This document shows, in pieces, positions 25,920 to 38,205 of a DNA stretch of 64,000 nucleotides. The stretch's first letter is position 1. Every line of letters starts with the position of its first letter. This DNA comes from Azolla caroliniana (lineage: Eukaryota > Plantae > Polypodiophyta). Position numbers and translations under genes: made by a program. The stretch lies in contig JBHGNT010000017.1 of assembly GCA_043228905.1 (NCBI GenBank), positions 15,500,001 to 15,564,000 on the forward strand, in the 5' to 3' direction. Under the pieces are notes generated by a model that made no database searches, was not told the origin of the DNA, and was given only the letters and a program-made list of their open reading frames with translations.

Positions 25920-28900
25920 ACAAGAAGAAACCTCTCGGTGCAAAACAAGTACGAATCGGTCTGGATGGGCATCCACGTACACGGCCGTAACCGGAGGAAT
26001 GAAGAAAGAATACTGAAAAGTGGAGGATAAGTTACGGTCGGCATCAATAATAAAAGAAGACGAAGAAATCGTGGGAATAGTCGAAGAGGTGTTCTATGGG
26101 AGCACACTACAACGGCTTGAAGAGCTCGCGGAAGATACAAGCTAGGGAAACCGGGTAGTTCCGGTGGAGTCGGTTGAGATGTACGAGATCATTGTGAAAA
26201 TGGGACCGGATGTGCTCCGCAAAGAAGAAGCAATGGTAAATATGAAATACAAGACTGTGGAGAAGAAAGTGAAACCGGTCGCGGGACCGTTACCCGCAGA
26301 TAGCGAACAAAAGAGGAAAGAAGTCTCGGGGGATCCGACACTTCGGAAGTCCATGGATATCGGACATGCCTTCACAGATGAGACCCGGAAGAAACTTCGG
26401 ATCAGTGGAGCTGGGTTCCTATTAAAGAATGAAGAAGAACGATTCCCTGGGATGCTAGAGCGACATGGGAGAGCATTTGCATTTACATCGAAAGAAATAG
26501 GATGCGTTGACCCGAAGATAGTGGAGCCGATGGTGATCTTCACGATTGACCATGTGCCGTGGAACCTGAAGCCGATTCCGGTGCCACGGGCGCATATTCC
26601 GAAAATCATCGACTTGCTCAAGGAGAAGGTGGCGATGGGGATTCTAGAGCCATCAAATGCTCCATACTCAAATTGATGGTTTACGGTTCCAAAGAAGAAT
26701 GGGTCACTCCGATTTATTCAAGATTTGCAACCGGTAAACAAGGTCACAATCTGGAACTCCGGAGTCGGTCCGATAGTGGACGAATTTGCGGAAGCATTTG
26801 CCGGTCGTGCGATATACTCCATCGGAGACCTATACTCCGGATATGACCAATTCCAACTAGCTGTGAAGAGCCAAGACATCACTACCATGCAGACACCGAT
26901 AGGATTAGTCCGGATGTGTACGCTACCACAAGGCGCGACGAACTCAGTCACACATATGATGAATGCGATGAACAAGGTGCTCCGGGATTGCATTCCGGAG
27001 ATAACGATGCCGTTCCTAGATGACATTCCGATGAAAGGGTGTGCGGTGGAAGAAAAAGATGAAGCTATGGATGAACGGGGATGCTGAAGGTTTGTAGTCA
27101 ACCATATCCGTGATTGTGAGAAAGTGTTACAGAAGTTAGAAGATGTGCATCTAACACTTTCCGGAGAGAAATCGGCATTCGGACAAGAAGAAATATTCGT
27201 AGTCGGACATCTATGTGGGCCCTACGGCCGAAGACCGTCACCAACCAAGATCGATGCGATTCAAGCTATGAAAGAAGTATGCGAGTAACAATCCGAAGTT
27301 CGAAGGTTTCTTGGAGCATGTGCATTCTACCACATATGGATTCCGCACTATGCACATATAGCGGACCCACTCTATCACTTGTTGTGGAAGAGTAAGAAGT
27401 TTGAATGGAAACCGGAGCATACCAAAGCCGTGACGAAGCTCAAGAAATCACTACGGAGGGCAGAAGCACTAAAGAAGCCGAACTATGACCAACCGATCAT
27501 AGTAACGGTTGACACAAGTCCAACCGGAATCGGATGGGTCATCAATCAAGCCGACCCGGAAGGTTCGCGATATCCGATCTGATTCGGAGCAAAGGTTCTC
27601 AACGAAAGGCAACACGGATATGCACAAGTTAAAAGAGAATTATGGGGAGTCGTGTCGGCAATCAAATCAGATCGAGATTATTTGATCGGAGCCGAAGTAG
27701 TGATCGAAATGGATTGTCTTCCAATACTCGGGATGATGCGGTGTTGCACGATACCGGATGTGGCTATGCTAAGATGGATTGCATATGTTAAGTCACTTAA
27801 TCCGGAGGTAAGACACATCTCCAGAAAAGACAACGCTATAGCGGATATGCTATCAAGGGTGTGGTTCGGAGATGACATAACCGAATCCGATAATGAAGAA
27901 GTTTCCGAAGACTACTTTGCTTCGGAGCACATATGCCGGGTGGACGTAATCCAAGAATTCCGGGAAGAAGAATACGAGGGAGAAACCTTGTTGATCGGGA
28001 AAATGCTACGAGAAATCGAGGAATCATCGGACAATAAAGAGAAGAGAGCCGAGATCCGAAGTAAGAAATGGCAAGTACGAAAGTTCTTCTTGGAGAATGG
28101 ATTTTTATGGAGGGAGCCGAAAAGACCGGGTGGCATACCACTTCGAGTAGTCGGGACAAAAGAGCAACGAAACCAGTTAATGTCCGAATTTCACGAATCT
28201 GATTGGGCTGGACATCGGGGAACATGGGCAACATTTGGGAAGATCAAGCAAAGATATTGGTGGAAAAATATGTACAAAGATGTCGTGGAGTTCACGGACA
28301 GTTGCGAGAAGTGTCAAATCTACTCCGGAGTTCGACACCGAGATGAGTTACATCCGACATTCTCACCAACAATCAACTTCAAATGGATGGTCGACATTGT
28401 AGCCATGCCAACCGGGATCAGACAAAAGAAGTACTTGGTGTTAGCTCGGGAAGATCTCACAAACCAAGTAGAAGGTCGGGCGCTACGGAGGAAAACGTGT
28501 TCTACGGTATGCCAATTCCTTTTGGAAGAAGTGTTTTGCAGGTACGGGTGCGTAGGACAAGTGATTGCGGATCGGGGAGAACTCGACTCTTATAAAGCTA
28601 AGGAATTCTTCACTAAACATGGCGTTCGGTTAACACTGACAACGTCATACAATCCGGAAGCCAACGGGAAGATCGAACGAGGACATAGTCCGATTGTCAA
28701 AGCACTTGCGAAGGCATGTGATGGAAGGGTGAAGGATTGGTCGCAGATGCTTCTGTATGCACTATGGGCGGATTGGACGATGCATAGCTCCGTAACCGGT
28801 TACATGCCGGCAGAACTTATGAACAGACAAGCACCGGTAATGCTGATGGAAACCGCAATCGCGACATGGACAATGCTACCATGGAAGGAAGAGATGAGCT

Positions 28901-29406
28901 GGGAAGAACTACTAGCGGTCCGGATACGACAACTGGAGGGAAGACCGGAAGACATAGCGGAAGCAATACGCCGACAACAAGAAGCGCGATTCCGGAATAA
29001 AAGCCGGTTCGACACAAAGCACTGACTACGACCGCGGAAGATTGAAGAAGGAGATTGGGTGATTGTCTACGACAGTAGTTTGGATCATCAACATACAACG
29101 ATGCTCGCGAGCAAAGTTTTTGCGAAAAGGTGGTTCGGGCCATATGAGGTTCGGAAAGTTTTCGATAACGGAACCTACCGACTATGTGAGTTGGATGGAA
29201 CGACGCTACGAGTGCCTATAGCCGGGAAATGGGTGAAGATTTTCAAGAAGCGGACTGAAGAAGAACCCTATGTGATCCTAGACAAGACCGACAAGAAGGA
29301 GCAATCGGACGAAGATCGTGGTGATGCGGAAAGCGAGGAAAGTGGATTACAACTCATAGTCAACTTAAGGGGAGAATTGGAGGAAGCTTCGGATGAAGGT
29401 GAATAG
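25862..29406 (+). pseudogene. B pol (RT-RNaseH-integrase) with several nonsense mutations
   Basis: RT PWNLKPIPVP, DLYSGYDQF, LPQGATNS, PFLDDIP; RH VDTSPTGIGW; INT HHCC (HESDWAGH..CEKCQ), ADRGE, YNPEANGKIERGH, WFGPYEV. Confidence 0.9.
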
Positions 29407-29462
29407 CAAGCATCGGGGACTTCGGCACATACCGGAGGATGTGCGGGTTCGGAGGGGGCGAG

Positions 29463-30364
29463 TGTCGTAGTGTAATTCACACACTACGTGAAAAATTACA
29501 TTATTGGTTTCTCCGGATAGGATATGGAGTACCCAGTGAGAACCGGAAGGAAGAACCGGTGAGGACCGAAACCGGTAAGGAGACCGGCAAGAGCCGGATG
29601 AAGAAGGCCGGTGAGAGTCGGTGAGAAACGGACATAGAGGACCGGTAAGAAGGATCCGGTAAGAACCGGATAAAGAAAACCGGCGAGAACCGGATGAAGC
29701 AGAACTGGCAAGAGCCGGATGAAGAAGGCCGGTGAGAGTCTCTCACCAGATGAAGAGACATATTTGTAAATAGAAGAAAGTATAAAATTATATATTACAT
29801 GCATGGGGCAAGATTCGAACCTTGCACCTCCATGTTAATAATGTTAATCCTTATCATTATACTAGCGTATTGTGAATTTTAAAGTTATACTAAACTTTAT
29901 CCCATGTAAAATTTCTAGACATGCATGGTACAGAAAGTTATTCATGCATAGACACTCGAGTTAAAAGAAAAGATGAGAGAGAAAGCTAATCATGCACATG
30001 CAGTGTGCATGAAATCTAAAGATAGGAAAAGCATGATGCTTGCATGTGATAAACTTAGACTCTTCCAACACTATATAAGGAAGAGAGAAAGATGTATAGA
30101 GGTTGTTGATTATTTTACAAGGATTTTGATCAATCTAATATATTCGTGGGATTCACGTGTTTTTTTCCATCTACTTCTCTCTTTCATTCTAAGTATCAAT
30201 TAATACACTATACTCGTGGGATTCACGAGGTTCATATCTTCTTTCAAATATTTCTCTTTCTTGCAATCGATTCATAAGGAGCCTTATCTCATATTCTTCT
30301 TTCTCCTAGTCTAAAACCTCAGTGGTTCCCACCCGACTCACGCAACGATCCGGAGGCGAAAGGC
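29463..30364 (+). repeat. 3' LTR of B (3'-truncated, fused to the gag of C)
   Basis: Matches the 5' LTR up to GAAAGGC, then runs straight into the gag of element C. Confidence 0.92.
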
Positions 30365-33148
30365 TGGATGACGAATATCTCATGGAGGCAATGTCAAAAA
30401 GGATGGAGTTTCTAAGAGAAGGGAAAAGACGAAATGAAGCCCAACAAGCCGTCGATAGCGTAGTCGAGCGAGTGAGCTATTTCAACGGCGCCGAAGTCCA
30501 AAGTTTTCTAAAATTCTACAATGCGGAGATGGATTCAAGAGGTGTGGACGAAGCTATGAGGCTGGAGTACTTTTGTCGGGTGGTGTCTCAACCGATCTTC
30601 AAAGATGTAAAAGAGCTTCTAGAAGCTCATGATTTGTGGGAGACTTTCGAGAAGGCTCTATTGGAGGAATATGACTATGAGAGACTGAAGGGACGAGATC
30701 GACGCAACTTCGACCAATGGGTGACATCAGCGAAGACCCACCAAGGAGCGACACAAGCATTCGTAGACTTTGACCATCATTTTTCTCAACTCTCGGAGCG
30801 GGAACAAAGATTAGTGGGGGTCGATAAGGTCCTTATGTTCGTGAAGTCAATCGATCGAATGGGAAGGATGGCCATTGGCCTCAAACTCGAAGAAGATGAT
30901 GGTGCAAATGGCCTCATCGAGGATTGGAGCAAAGTGGAAAGTGTATGCCAACTACACGATAAGGGGCGAGCGAGAATATTGACGACAACAAGACGGCTCA
31001 TGAGGGACGATCGAAGAGGGGCGAGATGCAGCAACGCACCACCAACAAAAGAAATAAAGCTTAAAAGGGAGACACAACCGAGGCAAATGGTGATTGAGGA
31101 AGAAGAGACCTCCCAACAAATGCGGGTTAATGAAGTGGCCGATACAAAGGCTCAGGTTCGGTATGATGGTACTGAGAGAGAAGGTGTGAAGCAAGTCACC
31201 TTCTTGTCTTACGAAGAAACGACGGCCAAGGAGGAGGCCGGTAACTCGAGGATGGCGAACGCCACTTCGAGGGAGGATAAATGTTTCGGAACACGCATTG
31301 TGTACGAAACATCAGGTGATGAAGGTGCAAGCATGAGAAAATCTTGCATGATCGAGGGAGATAAAGTGTTTGAGTCTGAAGATATTGAGGAGGTAGCCAT
31401 GACAAATGACATTGAGTCGGAGGTGGCTATGGACGAGTCGACAACGGATAGCCATGTCGACACTTTCTCCACGCTTGTTCCAGAGACTTTGGCAGTTGCG
31501 CCCGTGTGCCAACGTGAGACCGGAGAGACGGAAGGTGGTGACGGGAAGACGAAGGCCCAACACAAGGAGGAAGAAGATTGAGGAAGAAAGGATATCCCCA
31601 CACCTATTCTAGAGACTTAGGCGGTTGTGCACGTGCGCCAATGTGAGACCGGAGAGACGGAATGTGTGGACGGAAAAGCGGACGACCGGAAGGGCGATGA
31701 GGAAGACAAGGTAAATGTGCATGAACGAAGGGATTCCTTCACACTGCTTCCGAAGACTTCGGCAGTCGAGACCGTGTGTCGACATAAGACCGAAGATAAA
31801 GGAGGTGGCGGAAAGGAGACAATATGGCTCGAGGCGAGCATACACGGAGGGAAGGATGTGGTCGACGAGGAGGCCAAGGATGAAGCCGTGGTTGAGTTCA
31901 ATGGAGAGGCGGCATGCGGGAAGGAAGGAAGAGTCGAGAACCGGTCGAACCGGAAGAGGATCTGGCCAGGATTCCGGCCCGAACGAAGGAAGATCCACAT
32001 GGGAGCCAATCGACTGGGGCCGACCCGGCCGAAACCTGATTCGGCCGAAATCGATCGGACAATCCCAATCCAAAAGGGGGCCGACCCGGCAGTAATCAAT
32101 TGGTCAGCCCGACTCGAAGAAATGCGAATGCAGACGTAGACCAACTGAGCCAAGAAGCGATCGGTGGAGACCGATCCGGACAAGGGCAAACCCGGCCTAA
32201 TTGGAGATTGACACGAACGATCCACAATACCCAGTTGAAGACGGTGAGCGCGAGGAGTGGCCAGGAGTCCAATCAAAGGACACGCATGGTGGACGAAGGA
32301 AGAGCGGTCGGATCGACGACATCGTGCGGTAGATCTACTACAACCGACTGGGGAAGAAGGTGTGAGCGCCAGATATGGTGGATTGGGTGGCTACGGTGGT
32401 TCGGTTGGAAAGATTGGGCATACTCGAAGTGGAAGACGAAGTCAGACAAGGTCGACGAGTGTGCGAAGGAACTCGGTTGATCACCGTTGCCAAAGATCTC
32501 ACCTCTTCACCTTTCTCGACACATACCAGAGGATGTGCGGGTTTGGTGGGGGTGGATGTCGTGACGATTTTCGGCTACGGTGTGAAAACGAGTGAGACGA
32601 ATAAACCAAGGATGTGCAACATTGCACATACACTTAGCAAATAAGCCTCCTAAGGCCTAGTGGCACTTGAGTTCATACAGAGGGGTGCAAGCAAGGTTTG
32701 AACCTTGCACCTCTAAGATACAAGATAATTGCCTTACCACTAGGACAACTATCATATAGTGTAGATTCTATGTATTTCCTTTTCATATATGAATTATAGA
32801 TGAAACAACCATTAGAAAACCATGTGCACAAAACCATGGTTTTAGCCCATGGTTTTGTGCATGTCACAAGCATGGAAAGACCTATAAAAGGCTCTAGTTG
32901 GGCTTGTGTAACAAGGGCTCAATATGTGATATCACCAACACCATTATCATCAATATAATTATATTTGTCTTTATCTTCTTCATATTTTTCTACTTCTCAA
33001 GTGTACAATCTTTCTTCTTCTCAAGTGAACAAATTTCATCTAATCTTACATTGATCTTCATCTCTTCGATAATTCCGCGAACATCCTCCCCAGTCCAAGA
33101 CCCCGGTGGTCGCTCGAGTAGCACACGCGTGCGCGAATCTTCGCGTCA
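30365..33148 (+). mobile_element. Non-autonomous Gag-only element C of the Trp-primed gypsy lineage (5' LTR absent)
   Basis: Gag homologous to B/D/H (VSYFNGAEVQSFLKFYNAEM, DKVLMFVKSID) followed by an acidic repeat region and no pol; pre-PPT hairpin and PPT at 32520-32556; LTR 32557-33148 (TGTCGT...GCGTCA). Confidence 0.8.
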
Positions 33149-33501
33149 ACGCGGCTTGCGGCTTGCTCCCATGTCGCGTATCCGGGAGTCGCTTCGGCGG
33201 GTCGGTCTTCATGCGCTCCTTTGATGTAGCTCCAATAGCCTTGTCCGACAAGGTATTGGTGCATCTTGTACTCCCAAGATGCGAAGTTGTTTCGATCCAA
33301 CTTCTCAGTAGGGAGAGCGCTCCCTATTTGAGTATTCATTATTTTGATTCTTCTTCTTCTTCTTCTTCTCTCTTCGAATGCGAACTATGTAGCGAAGCTA
33401 CGATAGCTATGAGCCGGTTCTTGGTCGTCGGCGTAGAGCACCACACACGATCACGATGAGGCGAATGGGCTAGATCGAGCTACCAAATCGCTCTGATACC
33501 A

Positions 33502-33898
33502 TGTAAAGAATCAAGAGATGGATTCTTGTGAAGCGGAAGAGATATGAGTTATGTGTGTGTATGAGAGAGAGAGAGTGTGAGTGAAAGAGAGACAAGGAAT
33601 AAGACACAGTGAATACGCAAGGTAAAAGTATATTAACAAAGGAGAAAGACTCAACATTATACAAGGTGGGAGGAGGGTGCTTTATGTAGTCACCCTCTCT
33701 CTTCATTAACTACAAGCCTCATGGAGCATGGGGAATGTGAAAGCTCATAAGTTATGTGTCATAGAATATGATTGTATGACTCATACTAAATGCTAGAATA
33801 CATAGTGGTGACATAATGGTGACTCTTGACCATTGGAGTGTCTCTTCACTCTCAAGGTGAGTTCACACACTAGACCAAGTTGAGCTTGATTCTCAACA
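33502..33898 (-). repeat. 5' LTR of A
   Basis: Direct repeat of 12464-13056 without the duplication; adjacent PBS. Confidence 0.92.
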
Positions 33899-34579
33899 CA
33901 ACACAAAGCTAGAATGGCATCCACATCTGGCTCATCAGAGATGAGTCTCAGAAAGTTTGATGGATTGAACTTCGACTTCTGAAAGGAGAAAATGTAGGAT
34001 TACCTGATAGTAAGGGTCAGATCGACCCAATTGAGAGCAAAAATGCTCATGACGGATATAAGCCGAATGAATGGACGAAGTTGGACTGAATTGTCCACGC
34101 CACCATTCAGATGCACCTGTCCGAATCCATCTACTACACAATGCCGTCATGTACGACAACTTTCGAATTATGGAAAACACTATCAGACACTTATGAGAAG
34201 AAGGTAGCCGCCACCAAGATATATTTGATCCAACGCCTCTATAACCTTCGGATGAAAGAGTCTGATTTGGTCCAGCCACACCTCAATGAGTACAAAAGTT
34301 TTAACTCCCAAATTTCGGCTCAGGGGACGATGATTGAAGATGAGTTGAAAGCTATGTTGCTAATGAGTAGTCTCCCTCTATCGTGGGAAACCTTCGTCAC
34401 TACCATGTGCAATGCGTTGGCTACCACAATGAAGTACTCCGAAGTGACGAGCTCAAATTTGACAAAGTTCCTCAGAGGAAATCATTTGTACATGATTCGG
34501 CAAGTGATGCCTACATAGTACAAGGTTCGGTTAACTGACCGAACAGTTGAGGAAGAAGTTCTTCTCGACATCCGAACAA

Positions 34580-35360
34580 TGTTACGTAGGTTTGAATGCC
34601 TTTGTGAAAGGAGAGGTGCATGGGCAAGCCCGAAACGCTCCCTTGTCACAAGACACACAAACAAATAAGCACAATCAAGATTTACACATAAGACAAGTAG
34701 ATGAAAGAAAACATTAGTTTATATCAATATAATAGATTCTTTTATAATATAAGGATCATGTTACAATGGGTTTGATGCGAATATGAAGCATTGTTTATAA
34801 AGGAATGGGGGAAGAGAGGTGAAGGAAAGAAGAGAGTGGAATATAGAAAGAGTTTCTTTGTTGATGATGACTCTCGATGTTGTTGGTCCTTCTTCTTCCG
34901 CTTTCCAATTGAGTAGAGCTTCCACGTTCCTTCTCCCTCCCCCTTTCTTCACTAGAATAGGCTCTTATTTATAGGTTTAGGATTTCTTGTCTTTTTCCCC
35001 TAAAAAAACGTTTGTCTATATGAGTCAACTTTTCTTTTCCTGCCTATTTCTGTTTTCTAGCCTCAAATTTCACATGCAAGATATTCTTGGAAAACTCTTT
35101 GGGTTAGCTTTCTTATGCATCTTTTCTTTTCTAATTTGGATATCTGACGAGGAAATAATGAGATTTTTTCTCTACTGTGCTCCTCATATCCACACGTGCT
35201 TCTTCTTTTTCTCTACTTTTGTCTACTTTTGAAAACCACCTCTAACTTAATATTCTTTCATTTATTACTATAGTTGACTTAACAACATAAGTTTATTTGG
35301 ACTATTATTTTATTCTCTTTTGAGGGTGGTTTCGCACTATGCGTCGAAAACATCACGACA
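34580..35360. mobile_element. Possible LTR fragment of the TGTCGT/ACGACA family
   Basis: Ends CACGACA at 35360, followed by ACGC; the left end (TGTTAC at 34580) is uncertain. Confidence 0.35.
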
Positions 35361-35492
35361 ACGCTGAATCAGAAGTTTCCTCAGCTAGCTCGGTGCGGAG
35401 GGATGGTAGCCGAGAGATCGTGGTGCAGGTGGGCATCGTAATGGTGACTAGGGGTTTCCTCCTATGTTGTTCGTTGTGCTTCACAACGTGAA

Positions 35493-36031
35493 CCGGGCGT
35501 GCCAAATTATGTTGTCTCTTCCTTCAGAGATACACCTTCGATTACTGTCTTGAGTAATCGGGTCAAGGAACCATGGTTGTGTGGGAAGGTAGAGTAGGAT
35601 CGAACGGGTTGATCAACCCCGAAATGGCCGGCCACAATTGGACTTATGGTTAAAACTAGAATAGAAACGAGCACAAAGATTATTTAATTGACACCAAAAG
35701 ATTGACCCAACACGACATCAAATGATTACACGGCTCATGACCGATAAACCAACGATATATATAGGTCCTCTCTCTCTTATAAAGCGTACACAAATATCTC
35801 TCTCTTATTCCGCACACCCCTTCCTGCTGTTGTTCCCCGCTTTATATAGCTTCTGTATCTTCTTGGCGCACTTCAACCCCCTCTCTGATTTTCCGATCTT
35901 TATTCTCGGCTACGCGTAATTCATTCAACTACTTCCTTCACGCTTGGTCGATTCTCCTTTTCACCTGCTTTTACCTACTCGTTTCTTTTAAATTCGTTTC
36001 ACACTTCCTAACCTTTGTCCCATAGATAACA
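35493..36031 (-). mobile_element. LTR plus tRNA-Arg-type PBS fragment (Tat/Ogre-like)
   Basis: Reverse complement TGGCACGCCCGG at 35493-35504 next to TGTTG...ATAACA (35510-36031). Confidence 0.45.
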
Positions 36032-37224
36032 ACCAGACTAGACGAGGAGCACGAGCGTGGCGTCGGGACGCTAGGACAAGAGGATGGAGTGATGAACTAG
36101 CCAGAGCTGACACGGTGGGACCTCAAGTTGAGCTTGGGAGGGAGTGTTGAGAGACAAGCTCAACATGGGCTGAATCAATTGAAGAAGCCGAGGGCCAAGG
36201 GCCAAGGGCCGAGAGCCGGCATCCAAATCAAATCGAATAGAGTTCGATTCTGGTGAGCCGAGTCGGAAGGATTCTGAAAGGCCATTGAGGGCCTATATTC
36301 CTATTATAGTAAATAGGAATATTATAGGAATAATTAGTGTCAAGCTCATTTATGAGCATCCAAGTACTGATGGTACTTGTGTCACCCCATTTTCGTCTGG
36401 GGCTTGTATAAAAAGTGCTCATTGGGCACAATGTATGTACCGAGTGTTCATTATTTGTAATAGAAGTTGTTTTTTGCTCTCTCCCACTCTCTAACCATTC
36501 TCTGTGTTTACCTTGACAGGAACTACACGCTCCGATAAACAACGCTCGGTCACAACCGAGCCTAGAATCAAACACAGAAAATAGGGAATAAAAGCACAAC
36601 ACAATAGAGAGAAGAGTACACAGGATGTTTACGTGGAAAACCCAAACTCGGGAAAAACCACGGCAGCCCACAGACCGCAAACTATCACTATATCAGAATG
36701 TACAATAGAAAAGCACCAAGGCCACGACCTCGAGCTTGCTATCTTCGCCACAGGCAACAGTTACAACAGAGGCAACGACCTCTTCCTCTTTCTCTCTCTC
36801 TCTCTGTGTACACTGTTATGCGCTCTCTAGTCTTGCACCAACAAGAATGAGCACTTTCGAAAGAGTTTGCCCTAAGTCATATTTATACTAATATGACTCT
36901 TCGGCTATTTACAAATATAGCCACGATGGACTCTCAGAAACATATTTACGAATATAGCTCTTCATCCGGTGAGCACTCCTCACCGGGCTTGCATCATCCG
37001 GCGCTTGCTGGGTACTCGTCATCCGATTCTCACCGGGTCTTCCGTTTCCGGGTACTCCTCATCCGGTTCTCACCGGGTCTGCACCATCCGGCTCTCCGTA
37101 GCCGGGTACTCTTCATCCAGTTCTCACCGGGTCTTCACCATCTGGTGGGACCTGTTTCCTAACATACCTAACTGTCGAGTTTCCGAACACTGACTGTGTA
37201 CTCGGTGTAACGTATTGTTTTACA
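36032..37224 (+). mobile_element. 3' end (PPT plus LTR) of a G-family copia, with a nested solo LTR
   Basis: AGCTTGGGAGGGAG-TGTTGAGAGACAAGCTCAAC matches the G PPT/LTR junction; the LTR ends TTTTACA at 37224. Confidence 0.65.
36514..37164 (-). mobile_element. Solo LTR, copia E family
   Basis: TGACAGG...CCTAACA; perfect TSD TACCT; shares GCTCGG(C/T)CACAACCGAG, ACGTGGAAAACCC and the CCGG repeats with the E LTRs. Confidence 0.88.
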
Positions 37225-37720
37225 CAACACTGAGTGAGTTGAAATGGATGATCACAAATGGAAATGTTCGAATCGGCCATGGCGTAAAGTACAACAATCT
37301 GTACCCACTCACACTGATCATCATAAGCTGAACTTGAACGTCTATCGGCAATCAACTACATACAAAAGCTCAACCATGTTGAAACCGACTTCTGCGAGCA
37401 TTGCTGATACGAGAAACAGACCTGAAGCCCTCATTACGAGACAGTAAAAAGCCCCTGGAGCTTATCCATGGTTCAATATATGTGGGCCAATGCCCAAAAG
37501 ACCTCTATGACGCACGCGGTACTTATTCGATGATTGTACACTTAAATTCTAGGCTTATTCAATTAAGTCCAAGGACGAAACGCTAGAGGTTTTCGCTCGG
37601 TGGCTGTCCAAAATCAAAAACCGATCCGGACACAAAATGAAGACGCTATGGTCGGACAATAGAGGAGAATATACCTCTAAAGCCTTCACAATGTATTTGT
37701 GCGACAAAGGGATTAGAAAC

Positions 37721-38161
37721 TGTTGAGAAATCAAGTTCAACTTAGTTTAGTTATTTAGTCAACCATGTAACTTCGTAGTTAACTAAATAGAATCTGGTTA
37801 GGAGTGTTGACTATAACGCCTTAAATAGGACCTTGTACTTAAGTGGGATATTCTAGATCCTCCACTCCTAAGTACATTTAATATAGGACATACACCTTAG
37901 TACCTATATTCTAGTCACACATGTGCACCTTTGCACATGAGATGTATATATACCTCATTGTGGGTATTTTTATATTTGATGATGATAATGCTAATTTAAT
38001 ATAGAGTTAATCATCCCCCATCTTGTGTTGTTCATAAGTGTATCTTCCTCTCTCTTTTCCTCTCACACACATACACACACATATCACATAATCTTCCGCG
38101 TTTAACTTAATCACATAATTAGGTACTAATTTACCCGTAGTTAATCACCTAATTCTTAACA
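37721..38161 (+). mobile_element. Solo LTR related to the copia A family
   Basis: TGTTGAGAAATCAAG...TTAACA; perfect TSD GAAAC; interrupts the K integrase. Confidence 0.88.
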
Positions 38162-38205
38162 GAAACCAATGGCTCATTCCCTATACCCCAATGCAAAATG
38201 CTTTA

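Larger units (their letters stand above)
17492..30364 (+). mobile_element. Ty3/gypsy element B (tRNA-Trp primed, no chromodomain)
   Basis: LTRs 17492-18399 (TGTCAT...ACGACA) and 29463-30364 (last 6 nt missing); PBS TGGTGAACCCGACGTGA at 18404-18420, complementary to plant tRNA-Trp; PPT GGAGGGGGCGAG. Confidence 0.92.
12464..33898 (-). mobile_element. Ty1/copia element A (full length, decayed), host of elements B, C and E
   Basis: LTRs 12464-13056 and 33502-33898 (TGTAAAG...TCAACA); 5-bp TSD CAACA on both sides; iMet PBS at 33490-33501; PPT at 13057-13070. Confidence 0.93.
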
